A stretch of 29,048 nucleotides of DNA from an uncultured archaeon (GCA_964501695.1 CAZCTG010000001.1:1-29048); one strand, 5' to 3'; shown: positions 1 through 7,021, numbered from the stretch's first letter. A program made the numbers and translations. The notes: generated by a model not told the origin, from the sequence alone.

Positions 1-462
1 TGGTACCCTAGTGGCTCAGAAGGTCAAGATAAATACAACGGTAAGCCATTCCCAGACCTTAGTTGTTATGATGATTTTAGGATGAGCTTTCACAATCAAG
101 GTACTGAAGCGATACTGGTCAATTTGTGGATAACCACCGGCTACACCGATCCAGGATGGGAGCAACTGGGCACGTATGCTCAAAACGGCTGGGTCGAGGT
201 GTCAGAGTGTACATGGATAGAACTGGTGCTCAATTTTCACAATGCCGAGATGTGGCAAGATACCTGGCCAGATGGTCCGTGGGGTCAGTACACTGCCAGC
301 GGGGAAGTGCCGCACAGGAACTATCTTACCGGCATCGGATTTCAGCTTGTAACGCCAGTACCAGCAGACTTTAGCGTTGATGTGGATACGGTTCCTGAGC
401 CTGCGACGATTGCCATACTTGGCCTCGGAGGATTGCTTCTTCGCAGAAAACGGTTTGCATAG
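1..462 (+). CDS. PEP-CTERM sorting-domain protein, 5' end outside the window
   Basis: Frame 1 is open from position 1 (WYPSGSEGQDKYNGKPFPD...) into the listed ORF 82-462. It ends in VPEPATIAILGLGGLLLRRKRFA: PEP motif, hydrophobic helix and Arg/Lys cluster. Confidence 0.92.
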   Translation, partial: WYPSGSEGQDKYNGKPFPDLSCYDDFRMSFHNQGTEAILVNLWITTGYTDPGWEQLGTYAQNGWVEVSECTWIELVLNFHNAEMWQDTWPDGPWGQYTASGEVPHRNYLTGIGFQLVTPVPADFSVDVDTVPEPATIAILGLGGLLLRRKRFA

Positions 463-501
463 GCGTCTGCTAATTTTTTTAGTAATGGAGGTACAACAAG
501 T

Positions 502-1239
502 ATGAAGAAAATTAAGTTCATAGGTTTATTTGTGTTGTTTTGGATTTTAATCGCGGCAGGAGTTTCGGAAGCTACTCTGGTCGCTTACACCGGATTCGAG
601 GAAGTCATCGGAAGCAACAGCGTTTACACCGGTAATCTCACATCACCCGGATGGCTGCCTAACCGCGCCGACGAGATGGTAGTGGAATACTTGTTGCCTG
701 TGAATGAACTTGGATTCCGAACGTACTACAACGGGACTGACGGGCCCGTCTGGGGCACGGCAGATTCCGGTGACTTGATTGGCGTCTATGACTCAGGGCA
801 CAGCGGCAATAACTCGTTTGCATTGCAAGATACCGACCCGGAGTGCAGACTCGTCCTCGATGCTATGAGCCTCGTTGACTGGTCTGATGTCAACGTGACC
901 CTGTGGTTCAAGTTGATGGACACCGATTACACCAGCGCAGGCCCTGAAGGTAGGATGGCAGCATGGGTAGATACTGATGAAGGTAGATTCTACATTTTCG
1001 ACATGGACACAACAGAGCTAAACTTGCACAGCAAGGATTCATGGACGCTGTATAGCGTGAACATACCTAACTCTGCAACCACGGCAACGCTGAATTGGCT
1101 CGTCCACGTGCCTGGTTCAAGGCAGGGTGCCCAACTCGATGACATCCAGTTCACGGGTACTACCATTCCCGAACCGGCAACGGTTATTCTTTTAGGTCTT
1201 GGCAGCATTGCTTTGCTGCCGAGAGGGCGACAGAAGTAG
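502..1239 (+). CDS. Secreted PEP-CTERM sorting-domain protein (245 aa)
   Basis: SD GGAGGT upstream; signal peptide MKKIKF...SEA; C-terminal IPEPATVILLGLGSIALLPRGRQK; N-x-S/T sequons NLT, NGT, NNS, NVT. Confidence 0.93.
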   Translation: MKKIKFIGLFVLFWILIAAGVSEATLVAYTGFEEVIGSNSVYTGNLTSPGWLPNRADEMVVEYLLPVNELGFRTYYNGTDGPVWGTADSGDLIGVYDSGHSGNNSFALQDTDPECRLVLDAMSLVDWSDVNVTLWFKLMDTDYTSAGPEGRMAAWVDTDEGRFYIFDMDTTELNLHSKDSWTLYSVNIPNSATTATLNWLVHVPGSRQGAQLDDIQFTGTTIPEPATVILLGLGSIALLPRGRQK

Positions 1240-1274
1240 CAGCAACGCATATGTCGCAATAGCAACACTAAACT

Positions 1275-1323
1275 CAGAGAGCAAGGGGAAAGAAAACCAT
1301 CCTTGTTCTCTGTTTTGTTTTGT
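1275..1323 (+). terminator. Bacterial-type intrinsic terminator after the PEP-CTERM genes
   Basis: 12-bp stem CAGAGAGCAAGG (1275-1286) / CCTTGTTCTCTG (1301-1312) with one G-U pair, followed by TTTTGTTTTGT. Confidence 0.7.
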
Positions 1324-1337
1324 CAACTTAGAGGGAC

Positions 1338-1344
1338 TTCAGCT
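1338..1344 (+). repeat. Left target-site duplication (TTCAGCT)
   Basis: Identical to 5151-5157. An 8-bp identity CTTCAGCT (1337-1344 / 5150-5157) allows an alternative 9-bp TSD with one mismatch if the TIR starts at GGCTTTG (1346). Confidence 0.85.
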
Positions 1345-1362
1345 GGGCTTTGCTCCTAAACC
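1345..1362 (+). repeat. Left terminal inverted repeat GGGCTTTGCTCCTAAACC
   Basis: Exact reverse complement of 5133-5150. It resembles the IS903 IR (GGCTTTGTTGAATAAATC, recalled). Confidence 0.93.
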
Positions 1363-1402
1363 CCTAAAATCAAGCCCTCTTTAGGAGCAGAATGGTGAGG
1401 AT

Positions 1403-1630
1403 ATGAATAGAAAACAATTATTAAGGAAAGAAAAAATAATACATTATATGGGTCTGGTCATAAGGGTAGTAGCAAGCACAGTTCCAGCAATATTATCTGT
1501 TTTCTATGGTCTATCAGCTTATCAAAATGTAATTGCTGGAAAGAGTGTTTTATTTGAAAACAATCTTGATATATTATTATTTGTTATCTTCTTACTTTTT
1601 GTTCTTGGTTTGTTTGTGCAGAAAAAATAA
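1403..1630 (+). CDS. Small two-TM membrane protein, transposon passenger (75 aa)
   Basis: SD GGTGAGG just upstream; two hydrophobic segments; AT-rich; overlaps the transposase 3' end by 47 bp on the opposite strand. Confidence 0.7.
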   Translation: MNRKQLLRKEKIIHYMGLVIRVVASTVPAILSVFYGLSAYQNVIAGKSVLFENNLDILLFVIFLLFVLGLFVQKK

Positions 1631-2822
1631 ACTTTGGTGTTATCCCCAATTCCTTCATTTCGTGGATAACGCAAACAATGTTATGCGCTATGAACTTGCA
1701 CAATAGCTCGTTCTTCTGCGCTATGAAGTTCTTGCTTTTCAGCTTGTCGCCGAACTTCATTTTGACAGCTTTGAATGTGCTTTCTATATTGCTTCTTAGA
1801 TGATAATGCGTCATGAAGTCGTCACGATTCATCATGAAGTAATGATACATCTTTGACCATGTGTTTGAGCTATACCATCTAACGGCTGCGTTATGCTTGA
1901 AAGCTATGTATGGGACAGCACCTATGCTATTGACTACTTCGTGATTCTCATTACTTGAATACCCCTTGTCGGCAACAAGCTCTTGGATATTGAATCCGTT
2001 GCCATATGCTTCCAATAACATAGGTTTAAGCAGAGGGCAATCATTTACCCTTTCGCCTGTTATTTTAGCCCCGACTATCACATTTGTCTTTACTCCGATA
2101 AGGGCATGAGCCTTAACCCACCTGTGATGCTTCTCCTTGCCATATTTCTCTATGCCATACTGATTGAATTGGCTTGTTCGGAATCCTGTGCTATCCTGTG
2201 CAAATGTGCTTTCAATGCCACGCAGAGGCATAGCCGACAAGACAAGCAACCTATTCAGAACAAGCGTTATGTCCTCTCGCTGGAGCAGCTTGTTTATGGC
2301 ATTGAAGTTCGGTATTTTCTCTATATCCAACCTATCATGCGCTTTTGAGTATAGGGAATAAGCCCTTCGGCTTGATAGTTGGCTATACACCTTCTCTATG
2401 GCGCAATAGACGCTGTTTCTCATGCCCAATCGTGGCCTGCCTGTTATCTGCGGTAGCTCCGCTATGCTTCCGCAGAGGTCAGCAAGCAGCTTGTCAAAGA
2501 GTATAATCTCGCTTGTTTGGGCTGCATTGTATGAAGCCCATGCCTGCGGATATGTGACCTTCATGGTCTTGGTTATGGTTGTGTTTCCTTCCTCGTCTAT
2601 TTTTCTTTCAACTGTGAACATCACAGCATATTGATGTTTGCAAATGCAACCCCTTGTTTCATAGTCAGGGCAAGTGCAAGCGGTTTTGCCGTTATCTTCA
2701 TAGACAAGATAGCCACCATTCGTGGTTTGCGAGGGGACTATCCAGCCCTTCGGAGTTCTTGTCAACGCCTTTGTTTGGGCTATCTGCAAGCCCTTTATTC
2801 TTCGGTTGTTATTTTCTGTCAT
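1584..2822 (-). CDS. IS5-family DDE transposase with N-terminal SWIM zinc finger
   Basis: SWIM motif CTCPD...CKH. DDE motifs QDSTG, W-x-K-x-H, ND, ADKGY and YHLRSNIE-x-x-F, collinear with IS903-type transposases. Start moved to ATG 2822 (MTENN...), which has SD AGGTGA; the ORF track used GTG 2831. Confidence 0.95.
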   Translation of the reverse strand: MTENNNRRIKGLQIAQTKALTRTPKGWIVPSQTTNGGYLVYEDNGKTACTCPDYETRGCICKHQYAVMFTVERKIDEEGNTTITKTMKVTYPQAWASYNAAQTSEIILFDKLLADLCGSIAELPQITGRPRLGMRNSVYCAIEKVYSQLSSRRAYSLYSKAHDRLDIEKIPNFNAINKLLQREDITLVLNRLLVLSAMPLRGIESTFAQDSTGFRTSQFNQYGIEKYGKEKHHRWVKAHALIGVKTNVIVGAKITGERVNDCPLLKPMLLEAYGNGFNIQELVADKGYSSNENHEVVNSIGAVPYIAFKHNAAVRWYSSNTWSKMYHYFMMNRDDFMTHYHLRSNIESTFKAVKMKFGDKLKSKNFIAQKNELLCKFIAHNIVCVIHEMKELGITPKFIFSAQTNQEQKVRR

Positions 2823-2828
2823 ATCATT

Positions 2829-2911
2829 CACCTATTAATAATTGTTAGTTGTTATTAATAAAGATAACCGATAGCTTTATATATACCTTCATTAATAACC
2901 ATTAATAGGTG
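2829..2911. promoter_or_regulatory. Divergent promoter/operator region between transposase and RHH gene
   Basis: Perfect 11-bp inverted repeat CACCTATTAAT (2829-2839) / ATTAATAGGTG (2901-2911); four ATTAATA copies at 2834, 2854, 2891 and 2901; TTTATATA box at about 2877-2884. Confidence 0.7.
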
Positions 2912-2916
2912 CTAAT

Positions 2917-3057
2917 ATGCCCAAAAAGATGATATTGGAAGCTGATAACGAGCTTTGGAAGGATGTGTTGAAATTCAAGATAGACAAGAACCTCAAGAAC
3001 AACAATGAAGCCGTCATAGAACTGATAAAAATCGGGCTTAAGAAGCACGCAAAATGA
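2917..3057 (+). CDS. Ribbon-helix-helix regulator, 46 aa (not in the ORF track)
   Basis: Manual translation MPKKMILEADNELWKDVLKFKIDKNLKNNNEAVIELIKIGLKKHAK shows a strand-helix-helix pattern; SD AGGTG upstream. It explains the region better than the antisense ORF 2892-3089. Confidence 0.8.
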   Translation: MPKKMILEADNELWKDVLKFKIDKNLKNNNEAVIELIKIGLKKHAK

Positions 3058-3232
3058 GCACGAAATACACTTTTAAGCCTAATCACCAATATTTATACAA
3101 ACCTACAGAAGTTTGGCTGCCAAGTGGGTAAATGGGCGCTCCCAGCTCATGACCTTCTCATCACGCAGAGCGTCCTTAGTTTTTCTTCATTTAGCATGAA
3201 GGTTCCGTCACGCTCTTTTGTAATCCTTTACC

Positions 3233-4018
3233 TCAGGCTTTAACTCCTTCTGTAGATTTGCTTTTCTTTGTTCTTTCTATATCATGTTTTCTTTCCCAAT
3301 CCTCACGCATGGACTTTAGGGCTGCTTCAACCACAGGCCAATCCGAATCGGATTTTATGTCCCATACGAAATCTCTTTCAGGTGTCCCTATAGTTATTTG
3401 ATGCATGGCATCAGGTATTACAATCTTTGGTTTCTTAGTATCCGAACCAGATTCCTTGAGAATTTCTTGCTCTGCCTGTTTTATTGGTTCTGTGCTATCA
3501 ATCACTTTTTTAGCGACGTCTGTCAAAACAACTTTTGCTCCTCTGCCTTTGCCCGTATGCGTTAGGGTGTTAATGTATTCACCATAACTAAAGAATGTTC
3601 CAACCATTCGGTCAAGCAGTATATTTGAGCTTACACTCCCAAAGTTCTCAATGAATTTTACCTTGATGTCTTGCGAATTCGTTTCACCGCCTGAATGAAG
3701 AATCCATTTCACCATGCTGAGATATTCACTCGGAAGATTCCTTATCATTAATATGTTTCGTTTTTCGCCAGATGTTATTGATACCTGTCTGCCCAAATCA
3801 GTCAGATGAATTTTCTTGCTATCAGCATCTATGAAACCGAGATATTTAGCAAGATTCAGCGTATATTTTCTGTTGACGTTCTTCTTCTCGCTTAGGTTAG
3901 ACCAAAGCGTATCAACAAGCATCCCATCCTTCCCTGTATTCTTCAATTCGCTTATCATCTTGTCAAGTAGCCCCATGTTTGTGTTATAGGGCAACATTCC
4001 GCCTTTTTCTTTTTTCAT
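3233..4018 (-). CDS. Tandem winged-helix protein (DUF5343-like), transposon passenger
   Basis: SD AGGTGA; N-terminal PY motif; two wHTH-like wing signatures (AKYLGFIDADSKKIHLTDLG and TLTHTGKGRGAKVVLTDVA); small C-terminal domain after a charged linker. Family name is from recall. Confidence 0.6.
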   Translation of the reverse strand: MKKEKGGMLPYNTNMGLLDKMISELKNTGKDGMLVDTLWSNLSEKKNVNRKYTLNLAKYLGFIDADSKKIHLTDLGRQVSITSGEKRNILMIRNLPSEYLSMVKWILHSGGETNSQDIKVKFIENFGSVSSNILLDRMVGTFFSYGEYINTLTHTGKGRGAKVVLTDVAKKVIDSTEPIKQAEQEILKESGSDTKKPKIVIPDAMHQITIGTPERDFVWDIKSDSDWPVVEAALKSMREDWERKHDIERTKKSKSTEGVKA

Positions 4019-4148
4019 GTAATCACCTAATACTACATTGATTTTAAGCTATAGTTACATAATATGTCAATTTATTTATAAGGATAACGTAAGAAGCTAC
4101 TTTTAAGCTCTTTAAAGATGCTTATAAGTAGCGCAAACAATTGCTTTC

Positions 4149-4325
4149 ATGCCAGAGAAGAAATCCGACTTAAGCAAGACCGAGAGGGTGGGAGTCACAT
4201 TCACGAGGAAGCAGATTGAACTTTTGGACGAAATCGTGGTCGGCGGAAACATAGGCAGTAACAAACCCGAAGTCATAAAGTGGATAGTGATGGAATACTT
4301 AAGGCAGCACGATAAGCTCGGATAA
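4149..4325 (+). CDS. CopG/Arc/MetJ-type ribbon-helix-helix protein, 58 aa (not in the ORF track)
   Basis: MPEKKSDLSKTERVGVTFTRKQIELLDEIVVGGNIGSNKPEVIKWIVMEYLRQHDKLG matches the RHH pattern; TATA-like CTTATAAG at 4121-4128. Confidence 0.88.
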   Translation: MPEKKSDLSKTERVGVTFTRKQIELLDEIVVGGNIGSNKPEVIKWIVMEYLRQHDKLG

Positions 4326-4328
4326 TAT

Positions 4329-4532
4329 TTAATCTTCTTTTTCTGTGACAGCCAATAACAACGCCCTGACATGCGAACCGACTGTTTCTGGTATTGGGTT
4401 TCCATTTGAATCCATTTTCACTTCAGATAGTTGTTTGATTAGCTTTTCGTTATTTGGAAACTTTAACTTTCTATCTTCCATCAATTTTTTTAATTTAAAT
4501 AAACTCTCTTTAAGGTCTATCTCCCTTGTCAT
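4329..4532 (-). CDS. Small hypothetical protein resembling the C-terminal tail of a terminase large-subunit nuclease domain
   Basis: LKKLMEDRKLKFPNNEKLIKQL...GSHVRALLLAV parallels the recalled pattern Lk.l.e.g.l.lP....li.eL...hDD.v.alalA. It has its own TATA (TTTTAAAT on the minus strand) about 25 bp upstream. Confidence 0.55.
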   Translation of the reverse strand: MTREIDLKESLFKLKKLMEDRKLKFPNNEKLIKQLSEVKMDSNGNPIPETVGSHVRALLLAVTEKED

Positions 4533-4579
4533 AACAAGAAAATAGATTGACTATTTAAAAGCATTTTGGACTCAAAACT

Positions 4580-4855
4580 TCATTCTATTAAGCAACCCTT
4601 TTCAAAGCTTTCAAGTTCTTCTAAACCACCATAATAATACACATCATAGCAAGCTCTATAAAACTCATTGTAGATTGCTGGTATATCTTTATCTTCGCCT
4701 GCGCACCAAGTCGCACATTCTTTTATCTTCTGCGATACTTCTAACTTCTGCTGGACATCTTCTCTGTATGAATCATAAGCTGTATTATTGGATGCGCATC
4801 CAGAAATGATTATGACAGCAACAATTCCGATTGGGAGTATCCAGCGAATATCCAT
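4580..4855 (-). CDS. Predicted lipoprotein/secreted small protein, passenger
   Basis: Hydrophobic N-terminus ending in lipobox-like ISGC; four further Cys. Confidence 0.8.
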   Translation of the reverse strand: MDIRWILPIGIVAVIIISGCASNNTAYDSYREDVQQKLEVSQKIKECATWCAGEDKDIPAIYNEFYRACYDVYYYGGLEELESFEKGCLIE

Positions 4856-4875
4856 AAAATCACTGCTTCCAGCTC

Positions 4876-5082
4876 TTATTTAGCTCTCCTAAATGTCAAT
4901 AAAGGATAACCGAAAGAAAAAACACTGCCGACACTGCTTTGCTGAATAAGCTCCCATCCCACACTTGCCATTCTATTCACTGTTTCTTCTGTCCACTCTG
5001 GAACATTTCTTTTGAAACGGTCAAAATACGTCATTTGAACTGTTGTGTATTCGTATTCTATCTTTGGCTTCTTAACAGGCAT
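4876..5082 (-). CDS. DUF4177-like small protein, passenger
   Basis: EYEYTTV...VNRMASVGWELI...LTFRR matches the recalled DUF4177 pattern (EYK.v...LN.lG..GWELV...l.FKR); TATA TTTTTAAG at 5104-5111 (minus). Confidence 0.72.
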   Translation of the reverse strand: MPVKKPKIEYEYTTVQMTYFDRFKRNVPEWTEETVNRMASVGWELIQQSSVGSVFSFGYPLLTFRRAK

Positions 5083-5132
5083 ATCTAAAAGTGAGATTTG
5101 TGGCTTAAAAACGCCTTTAGGAGCAACCTATA

Positions 5133-5150
5133 GGTTTAGGAGCAAAGCCC
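5133..5150 (-). repeat. Right terminal inverted repeat GGTTTAGGAGCAAAGCCC
   Basis: Exact reverse complement of 1345-1362. Confidence 0.93.
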
Positions 5151-5157
5151 TTCAGCT
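5151..5157 (+). repeat. Right target-site duplication (TTCAGCT)
   Basis: Identical to 1338-1344. Confidence 0.85.
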
Positions 5158-5273
5158 TAATATCAGGGCTCTGCGAAATAATTGCCATGTAGAGCCTCTT
5201 GGGGCATGCAGTTCCCCTGCCGGACGTGGCCGGGTTTTTGCCGTAATAAAAGAAGATGTCCGCTTTTCAGGGC

Positions 5274-5585
5274 TCACTCTTCCAGCACAGCCCTATTGTC
5301 GAAGCCGCCAAGCTTCCTTATCTTGTGCTTTCTCATGCTTTCCACAGCCTCGACCGAGATTTTATTGTGCTTCATGTAGGAATTTATGGCCTCCACGATG
5401 TCGACAATCTCATCGACTTCCCTATTCTCGGTTTTCGCCTCTTTCAGCCTGCCGGCGCTTTCCAGAATGCTGTGTTTCAGCGCCTCGATGAACTCCGCAT
5501 CTTCAGCTGCCCTGACCTTGCTGCGCTCCTTCTTCCCGAAGAACATTTTCGGTATCTTGTCCCTTATGAGATGCAGTTTCCCCAT
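5274..5585 (-). CDS. All-alpha NTP pyrophosphohydrolase (MazG superfamily, COG4997-like) with eroded active site
   Basis: L(I/V)RDKIP N-terminus, EIVD (ExxD) and R-K-x-x-x-K-x-GGF...VLE tail. The EExxE position reads ESAGR. Confidence 0.8.
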   Translation of the reverse strand: MGKLHLIRDKIPKMFFGKKERSKVRAAEDAEFIEALKHSILESAGRLKEAKTENREVDEIVDIVEAINSYMKHNKISVEAVESMRKHKIRKLGGFDNRAVLEE

Positions 5586-5672
5586 CCTTTATGTTGCGAA
5601 TTGGACTTAAAAGGGGATTTTGACCTAAAAACTATTTTTCGCCAGCTCCTTGCTGTCAACTGTGGTAGCCTT

Positions 5673-5784
5673 ATAAACAGAGTTTAGTATCTGATTGTAT
5701 GATAAACTGGAGTTTAGTTTAGGTATTAAAACTAAAGTTACTTTATAAATGAGTTATAGTTTATGTAATCTTTATAAACTAAAC
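5673..5784. promoter_or_regulatory. AT-rich repeated palindromic boxes upstream of the Fic gene
   Basis: TAAACAGAGTTTA (5674-5686), TAAACTGGAGTTTA (5703-5716), degenerate TAAATGAGTTATA (5746-5758) and half-site TAAACT (5775-5780). Confidence 0.5.
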
Positions 5785-5815
5785 ATGCTATATATTTAAC
5801 ATAAAAGTGGTTTTC

Positions 5816-7021
5816 ATGCAAGAGAATGAATTCTCAGGAACCAAAACTGGTCGTCTGGTATGGGAACAGAATGGTATGTATTATAGGTTTGAGCCCAACC
5901 CTTTGCCACTTGGTTTCAATCTCACAGCTACGCTCGGGAACCAGCTACTGAATACATCGCATGTCCTGGGACAGTTGGACGGTCTAACCAGCAAGCTATC
6001 GGAAGAAGAAATAAGCCTTCTTAGGCTGCCTTTCATAATGAAAGAGGCGCAACTAAGCTCTGAAATAGAGGGCACAAGATCCACCCTCAGTGATGTTTAC
6101 AAAGGCGAGAAGCAGAAGGAAACAGATGCCCAGAAGGCATTGGATAATGAGGAAATTCAGAACTACGCAGAAGCTCTTGGTTATGGCCTCACCATAGCCA
6201 TGGAGAAAGGGATAACAGAAGAACTGATAAAGAGAATGCATGAAATACTGCTTCGAGGTGTCCGTGGTTCCGACAAGCAGCCTGGAGAATACAAAATCCA
6301 TCAGAATGCCATAGGCAGCAGGCAGGACACCATGGAAAGTGCAAAATTCGTTCCTGCATCCCCGGGAACTACTCCTTCTTTGATGGAGAACCTCATTGAG
6401 TTCCTGAACAATGACAGGACAAGCAACGTCCTTTTCAAGACAGCAGTAAGCCATTATCAGTTCGAGGTCATCCACCCTTTCAGGGATGGCAATGGCCGGC
6501 TTGGAAGGCTGCTCATAATGCTCATGCTTTACAAGGACGGTATACTATCGCAGCCGCTTCTCTACATCAGTGAATATTTCAACAGGAACAGAAGCGCATA
6601 CACGGAATCGTTGTATGATGTGAGCTCTAAAAACAAGGTTGAGGAATGGGTGATGTTTTTCCTAAAGGCCTTGGAAGTTCAGGCCAAGAGTTCCCTGAAA
6701 CTGATACGGGATCTGGAATATTACAAGAGAGAAATGAAAGATGTCATGTGCAAGGTGTCCAGCAGCATAAAGATGGACCAGCTGATAAACCTCCTGTTCA
6801 AGAATCCTTTCATAACCATAACAGACGTTGCTAACGCCCTGGGAATGACCGTGCCCGGGGCCTCCAACCTGGTTCATAAGTTGGAGAGCAGAGATATTCT
6901 TAAGGAAATAACAGGGAAGAAAAAAAGAAAGATTTTTCTGGCTCACATTATTCTGGACATCCTTGAGGGCAGACAGGTTATGAGAAATCACTCGAAGACA
7001 GAGAGTTCTGCATCCAAATAA
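5816..7021 (+). CDS. Fic-family protein with N-terminal autoinhibitory motif and C-terminal wHTH
   Basis: Catalytic HPFRDGNGRLGR; inhibitory SSEIEG; C-terminal ITITDVANALGMTVPGASNLVHKLESRDILKEITG HTH. ATG 5816 is preferred to GTG 5807. Confidence 0.95.
   Translation: MQENEFSGTKTGRLVWEQNGMYYRFEPNPLPLGFNLTATLGNQLLNTSHVLGQLDGLTSKLSEEEISLLRLPFIMKEAQLSSEIEGTRSTLSDVYKGEKQKETDAQKALDNEEIQNYAEALGYGLTIAMEKGITEELIKRMHEILLRGVRGSDKQPGEYKIHQNAIGSRQDTMESAKFVPASPGTTPSLMENLIEFLNNDRTSNVLFKTAVSHYQFEVIHPFRDGNGRLGRLLIMLMLYKDGILSQPLLYISEYFNRNRSAYTESLYDVSSKNKVEEWVMFFLKALEVQAKSSLKLIRDLEYYKREMKDVMCKVSSSIKMDQLINLLFKNPFITITDVANALGMTVPGASNLVHKLESRDILKEITGKKKRKIFLAHIILDILEGRQVMRNHSKTESSASK

Larger units (their letters stand above)
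1345..5150. mobile_element. IS5-family (IS903/ISH1-like) transposon with passenger genes, 3806 bp
   Basis: Perfect 18-bp TIRs at 1345-1362 and 5133-5150, flanking direct repeat TTCAGCT at 1338-1344 and 5151-5157, and an internal DDE transposase. Confidence 0.92.

Noticed and set aside
2892-3089. Minus-strand 65-aa ORF
   Set aside because: Antisense shadow of the RHH gene 2917-3057, which has an SD and a recognisable fold. ORFs 4112-4405 (-) and 8371-8571 (+) are likewise shadows.
3113-3160. tRNA-like look (GCCAAGTGGGTAAATGGGCG...CTCATGA)
   Set aside because: No pairing anticodon stem, T-arm (GTTCRA) or acceptor stem.
5158-5240. Possible structured ncRNA right of the transposon (stem 5167-5174/5189-5196 plus short GC stems)
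   Set aside because: No RNase P, SRP, riboswitch or ribozyme core motif recognised, and the stems are short. An Infernal/Rfam scan of the reconstructed empty site would be needed.
1199-5491. Reading frame that stays open across the reconstructed empty site (ORFs 1199-1384 and 5045-5491 share LQL at the TSD)
   Set aside because: The joined translation is not protein-like and overlaps a terminator and the antisense of a real gene; likely chance.
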